A DNA stretch of 62,722 nucleotides, filler included, from Sphacelaria rigidula (lineage: Eukaryota): NCBI GenBank assembly GCA_964200075.2. It is 7 parts of 7 records of this genome, joined end to end, with 100 filler letters (N's around TTAATTAATTAA, not from the genome) between each part and the next. Parts side by side here need not be neighbours in the genome. Positions count along the whole stretch, not along the records: positions 44,875 to 53,748 come from CAXNAA020009872.1; positions 53,849 to 62,722 come from CAXNAA020009873.1; 5 more parts are not named here. One strand, written 5' to 3'. Below are positions 51,267 through 61,240 of this stretch, piece after piece (position 1 is the stretch's first letter; every line of letters starts with the position of its first letter). A program made the translations under genes and the position numbers. The notes beneath the pieces were generated by a model. It worked only from the letters and a program-made list of their open reading frames with translations, did no database searches and was not told the origin of the DNA.

Positions 51267-52128
51267 CTTGTTTCTGCTGCTGACTAAGGCGAAGGCAATG
51301 TTCAATTATTTTCAACTGCTTTGCTTTCATGTTCTCGTTACATTCGCTGCATAACCGCTGTCTTCGTGCTCCCGAATCGAGGAGAACGCAAAGAAATACC
51401 CCGCCATGAACAGGCTTTTCTTGTTTAGGTTCCCGTTTGAAGTTTTCCATCATTTTGAAGAGGCTTTTGTTGTGGTTCGGGATCGACACCCCGCAAAAAA
51501 GAGCCAGTGCGGGCGACTTTCGAGGGCCAGAACACGCGCCACAGGTAATAGGTGACACCCAAACCTGAAAGGTAATGTACCGCTGCAGCTCCTTCGTGCA
51601 CTGCAAAAGAAAGCGCGTGATAAGATGCCTTGCCGCCTGAGGGAACTCGGCAAAAGTGGTGAAAAGAGTGAAATGATACACGTACAAATAAAATATATTT
51701 ATATGTACATGTATCCTTACGCAATTTTCACCGCTTTTGTCGAGTGTTCTCTGGCTGCAAGGCATCTTAGCCCGCGCTTTCTTTTGCAGTGCACGAAGGA
51801 GGGTCAGTGGAATATTACAGTTCAGGTTTGGGTGTCATCTGATACCTGTGGCGCGTGTTCTTACCATCGAAAGTCGCCCACACTGGCTCTTTTTCGCGGG
51901 GTGTCGACCCCGAACCACGAAAGCCTTCCCAAGATCGTCGAAAACTTCAAACAAGAGCCACAAAAGCCCGCTCATGGCGGGGTATTTGTTCACCGTGGTT
52001 TTCTTTGGGTTCTCGATGATTTGGGAACACGAAGACGGTGGTTATTCAGCGAATGCCACGAGAACATGAGAGCAAAGCAGTTGAAAACGGCTGGACATTG
52101 CCTTGACTTAGTCGGCAGCAAACACAAG
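51267..52128 (+). repeat. ~860-bp imperfect inverted repeat (foldback), candidate hairpin RNA
   Basis: Arms pair from cttgtttctgctgctgactaag (51267) to cttagtcggcagcaaacacaag (52128), with a tiny AT-rich loop near 51695. Perfect 29-bp stem at 51589-51617/51773-51801. Confidence 0.92.
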
Positions 52129-53748
52129 TCGAATGATCTGAGATCCCTTATCATTTAGTTTTGACGTGAAGCCTCTAACACAGTCATATCTGCGTAGTGT
52201 GTGCCCCAATTATGCGAAGGTAACAATTCACAGTAAAAGCATTGTAAAGAACATTCAAGAATGTGTAGATTAGTATTAGAGGAAGGGGTCACAGTCACAG
52301 CTGCAGCAGGAGAAGTCGCTGATGGCCCGGTGTGCATTGGTACGGTGGATACCCACGGTGCGTGGCATTTTGTTTCTTCAACACCCTGCTGTCTGATGAC
52401 GGCTAGATAGAGTGGGTACAGTGATAGTTGATCACGCACGCTGCGATGGATCCTGCGGGCCTCATCATCAATCTTCGCCCAGTTATGTACGAACGCTCGA
52501 AGAAACCCAGCAAGCAAGCATGGTTTATGGTCCGCTATATCTGTGAGGGTTGGGAGCTGAACATTTCCGCTTCAATAATCTCGACAGTCGAAGCTTGAGC
52601 TCCTGTCGCGCGACCGGTGGGTAGTGCTGCGGACCCTTGGGCGTATCTGGCACTGGGGGCGACATCCCGGTACAGACAGTCCCAACACTACCGGGACGGC
52701 CGTGCACAGGCCGGCAGCAGGACTGGCCGTTGCACTGGTGTTCTTCTAGCGTTAACAACTTAGAGTACGGCCGCACAGGCTTTGCACGCGAATATTTTGG
52801 TGATTGCCTCACTTCCACTTCGGCCATGTGCTGTGGATTGTTTGATTATTTCACGATCTCACCGCCTAATATGTATGGAAATGTATTACACCCTAGAGAA
52901 GAGCGTTCTACAGTCAGTGTACAATTTATAAGCATGTATGTACCGTTGTGCACAGTATGGAAGCTATTGCCTTCTGCGACGTGCACAGTACTCGTACAAA
53001 AGTGGGAACTGCGCGCAGTATGACTTCAAGGTCGTGTAGAAATCTCCACGCGGTATGAATTGATACAGCCGGCTTGCGCGCCATAGTGGCGGTGTTACCA
53101 TCCGCTCAAGATACAGGCAGGAATTTTAGCGGCAGAGGCGGCCTGTTACTCTTGCGTGCGCCACCTAGGGCAAATTCACACTTAGCTGCAACACCGACCG
53201 CTGTACTAGATGTGGCAGAGCGAGGGGTTGTACATCACGTACACACAGACAGCAAGCGATATCATACATATATACTGTATACAAGTGTGATTTGAAATCC
53301 GTGCGCGCGGGGTCGGGCCGGCATTTAGAGAACCCTGCACAAGTTCGCCGTGTACTACCGGGACGCGACCTTACTTCATTGCCAATCACTTGCGATGTGT
53401 GCTGTGACGGGTCTCGTGCGTGATGGTGTTTTTCCACCTCCGCATACCGCCCGTCGAGCGAGCTCTTCATGCTGGGAGTGTCCACCGCTCTTCCAGCCAC
53501 TCTTGGTCTGTGACATTCGAAACTACGAAATGTGACAGCACGAGTATCTACTGGAAGGTATATATTGTCCCACACAGTTACCTCCATAATATGAAAAAGG
53601 AATAACACTGGTGTATTTTGGACTTGCGTCACCCCCGGGAGGCCAGTATCTACCTCCCGAAGGGGAACCTTGTATATTTTAATATATATATATATGAATA
53701 TTCATCAAGAGGCAGTATATACTACATTAGATAATTGTATATTAATAT

Positions 53749-53848
53749 NNNNNNNNNNNNNNNNNNNNNNNNNNNNNNNNNNNNNNNNNNNNTTAATTAA
53801 TTAANNNNNNNNNNNNNNNNNNNNNNNNNNNNNNNNNNNNNNNNNNNN
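53749..53848. other. Artificial contig linker
   Basis: 44N-TTAATTAATTAA-44N. Confidence 0.98.
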
Positions 53849-53890
53849 CCATTGTGCGGAGTTGAGGTTCTCCCACGCCGCACAACATGA

Positions 53891-54172
53891 TCTAGCTCGA
53901 CTACCATCGTGCGCGGGGATGAAATTTCGATCGCCATGGTTTCGACCGAGCTCGGTATCAGCCTCGGTGAAAAGGCCGGTAAGGTGGGCAAGAGGATGAA
54001 AGCGCTGTACTCTGCGAGGTACGGCAGCGTGGCTGCCGCCAACATCCCCAAGCGGACTACCATCTTCAGGGGAAAGCCTTTCCAGGAGAACACCTACTAT
54101 TCGCGCGACAAAGACCTGATGCAGAAGGCAATCAGGGAGGTGTCTGGCCACAGCGAAGCTTGTGTAGAATGA
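53891..54172 (+). CDS. C-terminal part of a probable phycodnavirus/NCLDV-type protein (truncated near the contig start)
   Basis: RGDEISIAMVSTELGISLGEKAGKVGKRMKALYSARYG...IPKRTTIFRGKPFQENTYYSRDKDLMQKAIREV, with GC3-rich codons. From recall, the GKxMKxxYxxxYG..PK....G....NxYxxxDxDL pattern occurs at the C-termini of large-DNA-virus proteins. In-frame TGA just upstream at 53888. Confidence 0.6.
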   Translation, partial: SSSTTIVRGDEISIAMVSTELGISLGEKAGKVGKRMKALYSARYGSVAAANIPKRTTIFRGKPFQENTYYSRDKDLMQKAIREVSGHSEACVE

Positions 54173-54271
54173 GTGCCTACATAAGTAGTAGAAGCGAAGG
54201 TTTTGCAGGGGTCTAGAAAATCCTGATCTTCCTGATTTTTTATATTGTATGTAAGCACCAAATACAGAAAC

Positions 54272-56952
54272 ATGGCACCAAGAACGAAAAAGAAGTGCAA
54301 GAAACCACAGGTTCTTAATCGCAGCACTGGAAGATGCAAAAAGCCCTGTCGGCGCGATCAAGCAGTGAACCCACGCACGAACAGATGCGTCACAAAAGCA
54401 TACCTCAAATCTTGAAGTTTCGTGACTCATTTGATGATGGTACATTGGATACATTTGATACGTCCTCAACAGATTTCGAATTCGAAAGCGAGGACGACTT
54501 CGTGCCAAACACACACACCACAGGGTTTAACCCTAACCCTTTCCAACCACACGTCAACACCCCGAACCCAGGTACCAATGACTCTGATGATGACACCCCT
54601 CAAAACCCGTTCCAGCCGTACGTAGACGCCAACACCCCCCCAGAAACCAGGTACCAAGGGCTTTCACCGGGTGGCGTCCCAACTGACGACGAAGCTACCG
54701 AAACTCCGGACACATTCGATGAAAACTTTGGTACCAGGTATCAAGGGCTTTCACCGGATGGCTTCCCAACTGACGACGAAGCTACCGAAACCCCGAACCC
54801 ATCCACCACAGACACCAATGACTTTGATGACTCCGATGACTCTGATGATGACACCCCTGAAAACCCTTTCCACCAACCAAACATCAACACCCCGAACCCA
54901 TATGGCTCCCCAACTGACGACGGGAGCACCACGCCGCCTACGTCTGCTGGGCCTGGTACATTCGGAACCTCTCCCCCCGCGACACAGCGTCCAACCCCAA
55001 GCAACGCTGGTGATAGATACCCGTGGCAAACTCATCCTGGTGCATTCGATGCATTCGATGGTAACACTCCACTCAATGGTAACACACCCGTCCCGAACAC
55101 CTCATTCGGTGATACACCTGACTCTGATGCTCCAAGAACCGTTCGAAACAAACACTTCAGAAAAAACCCCACACGCTATGATGATAGCCGATACCCGTGG
55201 CAAACTCACCCTGGTGCATTCGGAACCTCTTCCCCTGACAACCCATTCGACTTGGAAGCGGAAGACAACAGCGACGAGGAGAGTAAAGGAGAGGACCCTG
55301 AACACGTCCAAGAATCGAAGGAAGAATCGAAGGAAGAATCGAAGGAAAACTATACTCCGAGAGACTTCCAACGCGTTGCCGTGAGCAAACTTGACCTTGC
55401 TATCATGAAAGGGATCAGTGATAGTGGAGCTACCCAGACAGAGCAAAAACCCATCGGTGGCATGTACCTGAAGGATGCCAAACTTCAACCGTGCACCAAC
55501 CTCCCAGATCAGTCTGTAGACTACGTTGTGCAACACGCGCTCGACAAGAAAGTCTTCAGCGAATGTGGGCTAGCTGACATCCGATTGTTGAATGACGATG
55601 GTTCGGGAGACTGGGACAGAAGTGATTTTGAACCCGCTGCCAACCACGAAAACGTCATCTTCTGGAAAGTTTACCCTAACACCACTCAACCAGGCAAAGT
55701 ACACTATCCTCCTACTGCCTTGGACATGCTGAGCGCTGTTCACGCCGCAAGACAAGGCATCGACATGACTCTTTTCGTCGTCAATAGAACTGGTCTTTGG
55801 AGGCTACACTGCAATAGCAGAGCTCTCGAGGCTGCAAATATGACGATGGATGAGCTGATACACGATTTTGCAGGCTACGAAACCAGCACGGCCATCATCC
55901 AGGATAAATACTACATGATGAACAAGCTTCCCGGGGTCTCAGACAAGCTGTTCAAACACATGACTGTGCCAAAGTTTTGTCAAGCCGTCACCCAGCAGAT
56001 GGACGACATCTTCACGCTTGAGCATTATTACTGGCCTTCTAAAGGAACTAACAACCCTACACCGATCTACAGGCAGGAAGAATTGGACGATTTCATCCAG
56101 TTGATGCGAGTCGACCCGAGGACTCGCATTTCAGCACTGGCCGGAGGTTCTGGGAGTGATTCAAGCCGGACAAACCCAGACCAATCAAACTTAGACAGGG
56201 CCTTTGAACAAGGGATAAGCCAAGATCCCAGGTCGTTAATTTCAGCCTTAACGGGCGGTCCAAGTGGTTCTGGAGGCGAGAGTGGTCCAAGTGGTTTTGA
56301 AGGTAATTCAGATCAGGACACTGATCCTCGAACTCCCAGGACGTTGATCAACAGCCTAGTAGACGGTGGTCTTCCAAGTGGTCCAAGTGGTTCAAGTGAT
56401 CCAAACGAAGAAATGCTCATCGACATGAGGATTTACAATCTGATGGCTTCGGTAGGCACATGGGCCGAGAGCAAGAGATATGTGATAGAAAACATAACCG
56501 AAGTTCTTGGTGACTTGTTCAACATGACCTACAAACTTGTGTTCACTACAAACAATGAGAACACAACTGGTCTCCTGGAAGAGAACACCTTATTGGACAT
56601 ATTTACAAAGTTGAAGTTCGATCTTGTCCCTTCCAGTCCCGGTGTGTTTCCAGTTTCGTTTGATGAACTTCGGCCTATTATAGAGGAGTACATTAGGGTC
56701 CAAGCGCACATCAAGACCGGCCAACGTATAAACTACCTCCCGGAAAGAGTTGAAGTGCCTTTTTCAACAACGTTTGCTTCGTCCGTGTACGAGGCTGTTC
56801 CAAATAGCGTTCCATTGCATGCAATGGAACTGCGCACGATTGTGTTCCCCGAAGTTTCACACCCTCGTGTACTTAACGGTAGAATAAGTTTAAGAACCAT
56901 AGTAAACACACGTGCTTTTGCTATCTCGAACGAGTACAACAAACAGAGCTAA
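54272..56952 (+). CDS. Large intronless virus-like protein (~890 aa) with a probable 1-nt frameshift near 54412: NPxTxRC motifs, acidic/Pro-Thr repeat region, degenerate JAB/MPN-like domain
   Basis: 872-codon open frame at 54334-56952. Upstream ATG 54272 gives MAPRTKKKCKKPQVLNRSTGRCKKPCRRDQAVNPRTNRCVTKAYLKS*. Internal repeats: TRYQGLSPxGxPTDDEATETP x2, RYPWQTHPGAF x2, ESKE x3. Confidence 0.85.
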
Positions 56953-56974
56953 ATATTAGCACACAAACACAACA

Positions 56975-57790
56975 CTAACCTACAAAAAAATAAATAGGAC
57001 CGTTCTCCTTCAGCGTTTTCGACCGGAGTCCGTGCAGACTCTCACTCTCCATTTGAGGAGCCAAGTTGCCGAATGCGTTCTGGCCCAACACAGACTTCCC
57101 CCCCTCGAACTGTGGGTGAAGAGCTGTAATGAGCATCTTCTCCTCACGCCACACCTTCTTCAGAGCAGAACAGTAAACGTAGGGCTTCTCTGCGGGGAGG
57201 GTTTCGCCCTTGCACACCAACTTGCGATCCTTTGCCTCCGTCAACTGTACCACTCTAGCCCTCAACTGCCTGGCCGACTCCAACACAAACTCATGACCGT
57301 CGTCGTTGAGCGAAGCCCATACTATCTGCCAACTCACGTGTTTTATGCGGAGCTTTCCCGAAACGTACAGTGCCATAGCATCCCCACGCTTCCTCTTCTT
57401 ACCAACCACACCGTCGTCACCATCATCATCACTGACCCCATCAAGTTTGACTTCGGGAATGATCGACTTCTCAGCAATGCTGAAACGATACTGCGCTTCG
57501 TCACCCCCAACACCCCCGTGTACATAATCACCAAGAATATCAACCAGGGTTTCGTCAAACGCAGCGTCAGCAGTCTCATCACAGGTCAGGTCAGATTCAA
57601 CACCGCCCACTACGTAAGAATCCGGGTCAACACCAACATCCCCCCCAGACACCTGCGAAGCGAGCATATCAAATTCGTTCTCCGCCGTCCGAGCAGCTTC
57701 ATTGAAGACGCTAGCGCCGCCTAGCTTAAGCTCGGACTTCTTCGGTAAATCGAGAGCAGCGTCATCGAAATCTTGTGCCACACGGTTCAT
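56975..57790 (-). CDS. Hypothetical protein (271 aa; acidic N-half, KKRKR motif, globular C-half)
   Basis: Protein-like composition; convergent with the 872-aa ORF, 22 bp apart. The ATG is directly preceded by a pyrimidine tract and CAG, so an upstream exon is possible. Confidence 0.75.
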   Translation of the reverse strand: MNRVAQDFDDAALDLPKKSELKLGGASVFNEAARTAENEFDMLASQVSGGDVGVDPDSYVVGGVESDLTCDETADAAFDETLVDILGDYVHGGVGGDEAQYRFSIAEKSIIPEVKLDGVSDDDGDDGVVGKKRKRGDAMALYVSGKLRIKHVSWQIVWASLNDDGHEFVLESARQLRARVVQLTEAKDRKLVCKGETLPAEKPYVYCSALKKVWREEKMLITALHPQFEGGKSVLGQNAFGNLAPQMESESLHGLRSKTLKENGPIYFFVG

Positions 57791-58877
57791 CTGAGCAGCG
57801 GGAAAGAGTGAGGGTGTGTGTCAGAAAAAACAAGAAAAACAAAGCTGGTTCTGCTGGCGCTGGCGCTGGCGCTGGAGGCGCCGACGGGAAGGGAAGCATG
57901 GCCTGGAAGAATATGTGACACAAAACAAATGAGCGACCAAAGATCAACAATTCATTCAACAAGAGGACCCCGGACCCTCGAAATTGAGGGTTGGCATGGC
58001 ACCCGAAGATCGCTTAACCCATGTTCATGACAAATACGCATAAGCACACATAGACACACATGAACACACATAAATTTGTCTCACATGAATTTGTCTCTGA
58101 AAAAACCAGATTTGGCCAAAATTTGTCTGTCTCTTCGTTCCCTGCGCCTTCTTTCCTACCGCTTTCTTAGGATAGACCCTGTCACCTATCTCTCCTTCAC
58201 CCCTCTCTCGAACTTTGATTGCTTCTGTGAAGATCCCTCCCCTGCTAATCAAGGTTAGTTCACGCTGAGAGAAAAGCCCCGGCTCGGCGCTGTCATTTTG
58301 CATACCCTCTCACCCCCTCTCTCACCTTGAAGCGAAACAAAAAAGTGAGCCAAAGAGGAAGCTTGCTTCTCCAAGCCGCTTGAAACAATGATGCTTTCGA
58401 GGACAGTTCGAGAGTACTCTTAGATCTTGGAAGTATTGCCACGGGATCTCGACGCGATGACCCAGGGGGGGGGAGCAGACGAGATGTGTCAATTCCGGGT
58501 AGCTCGTTGCCACCAAGGCATTCGCTGGTTTTTTGCGGTGTATGTTGCCTTTCGGAATAAACAACAAATCCCCGCTCCCCTTGGAAAAATACCCAAAGTT
58601 TTCCACCGATTGTTTTTGCCGCCCCCCACCCCCACTTTCCCCTTCCCCCCCCCCGAACACCAAACAACCAGAATGGACACGGGGACCGGAGTCGCTTCTC
58701 GGGCTGATCAAGCCTCCATGGACGAAGAAAGGCTTGCTGTGAGTGTGCTGTGAGTGCTGTGTGCTGTGTGCTGTGAGTGCTTGTCGAGCGCAAGGCCGGG
58801 TGATTTTCCGTCGTAATTCGCCGTCTTTTTTCCGCCATTTTTCCGCTAGCTTGCGGCCAGCTTGCCGCCACGCCCGC

Positions 58878-59543
58878 AGGTCACAGCCAACGCGCAGTGT
58901 AGCTAGGGTTCTGTAGAAGGTTAGTATAGTTTTGCTTGTTCCGTCCATGCTGTACCAAGTCTGCGTGCACGATCCGATGCTTTTTGATGCCTATTGATGC
59001 TTTGTAACTTGCGGCGCGTGCCCTTTCGGCCTGGATTTTTGCTCCAACAATGTTCACGGCGCGTGCTGTCGTGACACGCATACACGATTTTCTCAGCTTG
59101 CTCGTTGGAGTTTCTCGTTGAGACAAGGTCACAGCCAACGCCCGTCCATGCTGTACCAAGTCTGCGTGCACGATCCGATGCTTTTTGATGCCTATTGATG
59201 CTTTGTAACTTGCGGCGCGTGTGCCCTTTCGGCCTGGATTTTTGCTTCAACAATGTTCACGGCGCGTGTTGTCGTGACACGCATACACGATTTTCTCAGC
59301 TTGCTCGTTGGAGTTTCTCGTTGAGACAAGGTCACAGCCAACGCGCAGTGTAGCTAGGGTTCTGTAGGACAGCTTTGCTTGTTCCGTCCATGCTGTACCA
59401 AGTCTGCGTGCACGATTCGATGCTTTTTGATGCCTATTGATGCTTGGTATCTTGCGGCGCGTGCCCTTTCGGCCTGGATCTTTGCTTCAACAATGTTCAC
59501 GGCGCGTGTTGTCGTGACACGCATACACGATTTTCTCAGCTTG
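58878..59543. repeat. Tandem repeat, ~3 near-identical copies of a 203-248 bp unit
   Basis: aggtcacagccaacgc starts at 58878, 59126 and 59329; shared core ccgtccatgctgtaccaagtctgcgtgcacgat...gattttctcagcttg. Confidence 0.92.
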
Positions 59544-59740
59544 GGCCAACCCCCAGCCAATGCGCATTACACCAAAAGAGAGCGCTTGAAGAGTAGTCGT
59601 CCTGGATCATGTTTGCCTCGATTGCTGCAAACAATCCGTGTTTGCCTCGACAGTTTGACTCAAGGCAGGACTACGACCATTGGGTGCGCACGACGGGTCA
59701 AAAACATAAGGTGATACAAAAATTCAAGCAAAATGTCTCC

Positions 59741-60850
59741 CATGCAGCCGTGAAAAAATACCTTTGCTATGACATACAAAACTTTGTCGGTGCCCGCGTA
59801 TTCCCATTTTTTTAAATTTCGTCCATACTTGCTCTCATAGATCTCTCCCATGCACTCGTGTAGGAATACCTTTTGCTGTAGCATACAAAACTTCTGTCAG
59901 TACCCGCTAGTCCCATTCTTTCACAATTTCGTCAATGCGTGCTCTCTTCATTGTCTCTCATGCAGCCGTGTATAAACACCTGTGCTACATAAAAAACTTT
60001 GTCAGTGCCCGCGTAGTCTCATTTTACAATTTCGTCAAAGTCGCTCTCTTCAAAATGTTCCATGCAACCGTGTAGAAATACCTTTGCTGTAACATCCGGA
60101 ACTTTGTCGGTGCCCGCGTATTCCCATTCCATTACAACTTCGTCCATGCTTGCTTTCTTGTCTGTCTTCCATGCAACCGTGTAGGAAGACCTTGGCTATA
60201 ACATCCAAATTGTTGTCAGTGCCCGCGTAGTCCCATTCTTTTACAATGTCATCCATAACATCCAAAACTTTGTCGATGCCCGCGTAGTCTCCGCTTCCAA
60301 TTTCATCGGTTCTCAATCCCTTCAATATGTTTGTTCCATGCAACTGTGTAAGAATACCTTCGCTGTAACATCCGAAACTTTGTCGGTGCCCGCGTATTCC
60401 CATTCCATTACAACTTCGTCCATGCCTGCTTTCTTGTCTGTCTTCCATGCAACCGCGTAGGAATACCTTGGCTATAACATCCAAAACATAACATCCAAAA
60501 CTTTGTCGATGCCCGTGTATATATATATATATATTCACAATTTCGTCAATACTCGCTCTCTTCATGTTTCATGCAACCGTGTAGGAACACCTTTGCTGTA
60601 ACATCCGAATTTTTGTCGGTGCCCGCGTTATGCCATTCTTTTACAACTTCGTCCATACTTACTTTCTCGTCTGTCTTCCAAGCAACCGTGTATAAATACC
60701 TTAGCGATAATATCCAAAACTTTGTCAAGTGCTCGCGTAGTCCCATTCTTTACAATGTCGTCCATGCTTGCTCACTTAATTCCCTTTCATGTAATCGTGT
60801 AGGAATACCTTGTCTATAACATCCAAAACTTTGATAGGGCTAGCGTATTC
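59741..60850. repeat. Diverged tandem array of ~10 units, modal length 109 bp
   Basis: Units start catgcaaccgtgtaggaatacctt (or a variant) at 59741, 59849, 59959, 60061, 60170, 60337, 60446, 60570, 60679 and 60788. Confidence 0.92.
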
Positions 60851-61240
60851 AAATTCTCACAGTCTGTCTCTCATCACCCAAAAAACCTTGTCGGTGTGAG
60901 CGTGCTTCTAATCCCTTACATCATTTGTCTAACCCATTGCTCATGTATCACATAACACTTCGTCTCGCCACTTATCATACATTCGCCGCAATGAGACGAC
61001 CTACTGGCCGGAGGATTTATTGTGGATGTTCCGCATCGAGGCCGATGGACGGATCGTGGAACGGAAACGGTCACGAAAATCAAGCGAAGCAGAAAACCAG
61101 GTAATTCTTTATTAAAGGATTTCAAAGCTGTTGTCAAAATTCTACAAAATTTCCATAGCGCTTTTACAACCAATCTGTTATTTAACGATTGATGACCCCG
61201 TAACCATGCCGCCCGTACTACCCCAAACAAGGTCAGCAAC

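Noticed and set aside
52155-53632. Minus-strand ORF fragments, possibly a transposase relic
   Set aside because: No catalytic or family motif identifiable by eye; cannot be supported without a search.
54523-54540. Telomere-like gggtttaaccctaaccct
   Set aside because: Only two units, in frame within the large ORF where it encodes GFNPNP in a Pro/Asn-rich region.
57032-57724. 230-aa plus-strand ORF overlapping the 271-aa minus-strand gene
   Set aside because: Starts at GTG, is His/Leu/Thr-rich and lies wholly antisense to a more protein-like ORF; a typical shadow ORF.
59741-60850. CRISPR- or TIGR-like guide array
   Set aside because: Units are ~109 bp and diverge throughout; the variable tails recur between units instead of being unique spacers; no Cas-, TnpB/Fanzor- or Nop-domain gene is recognisable nearby.
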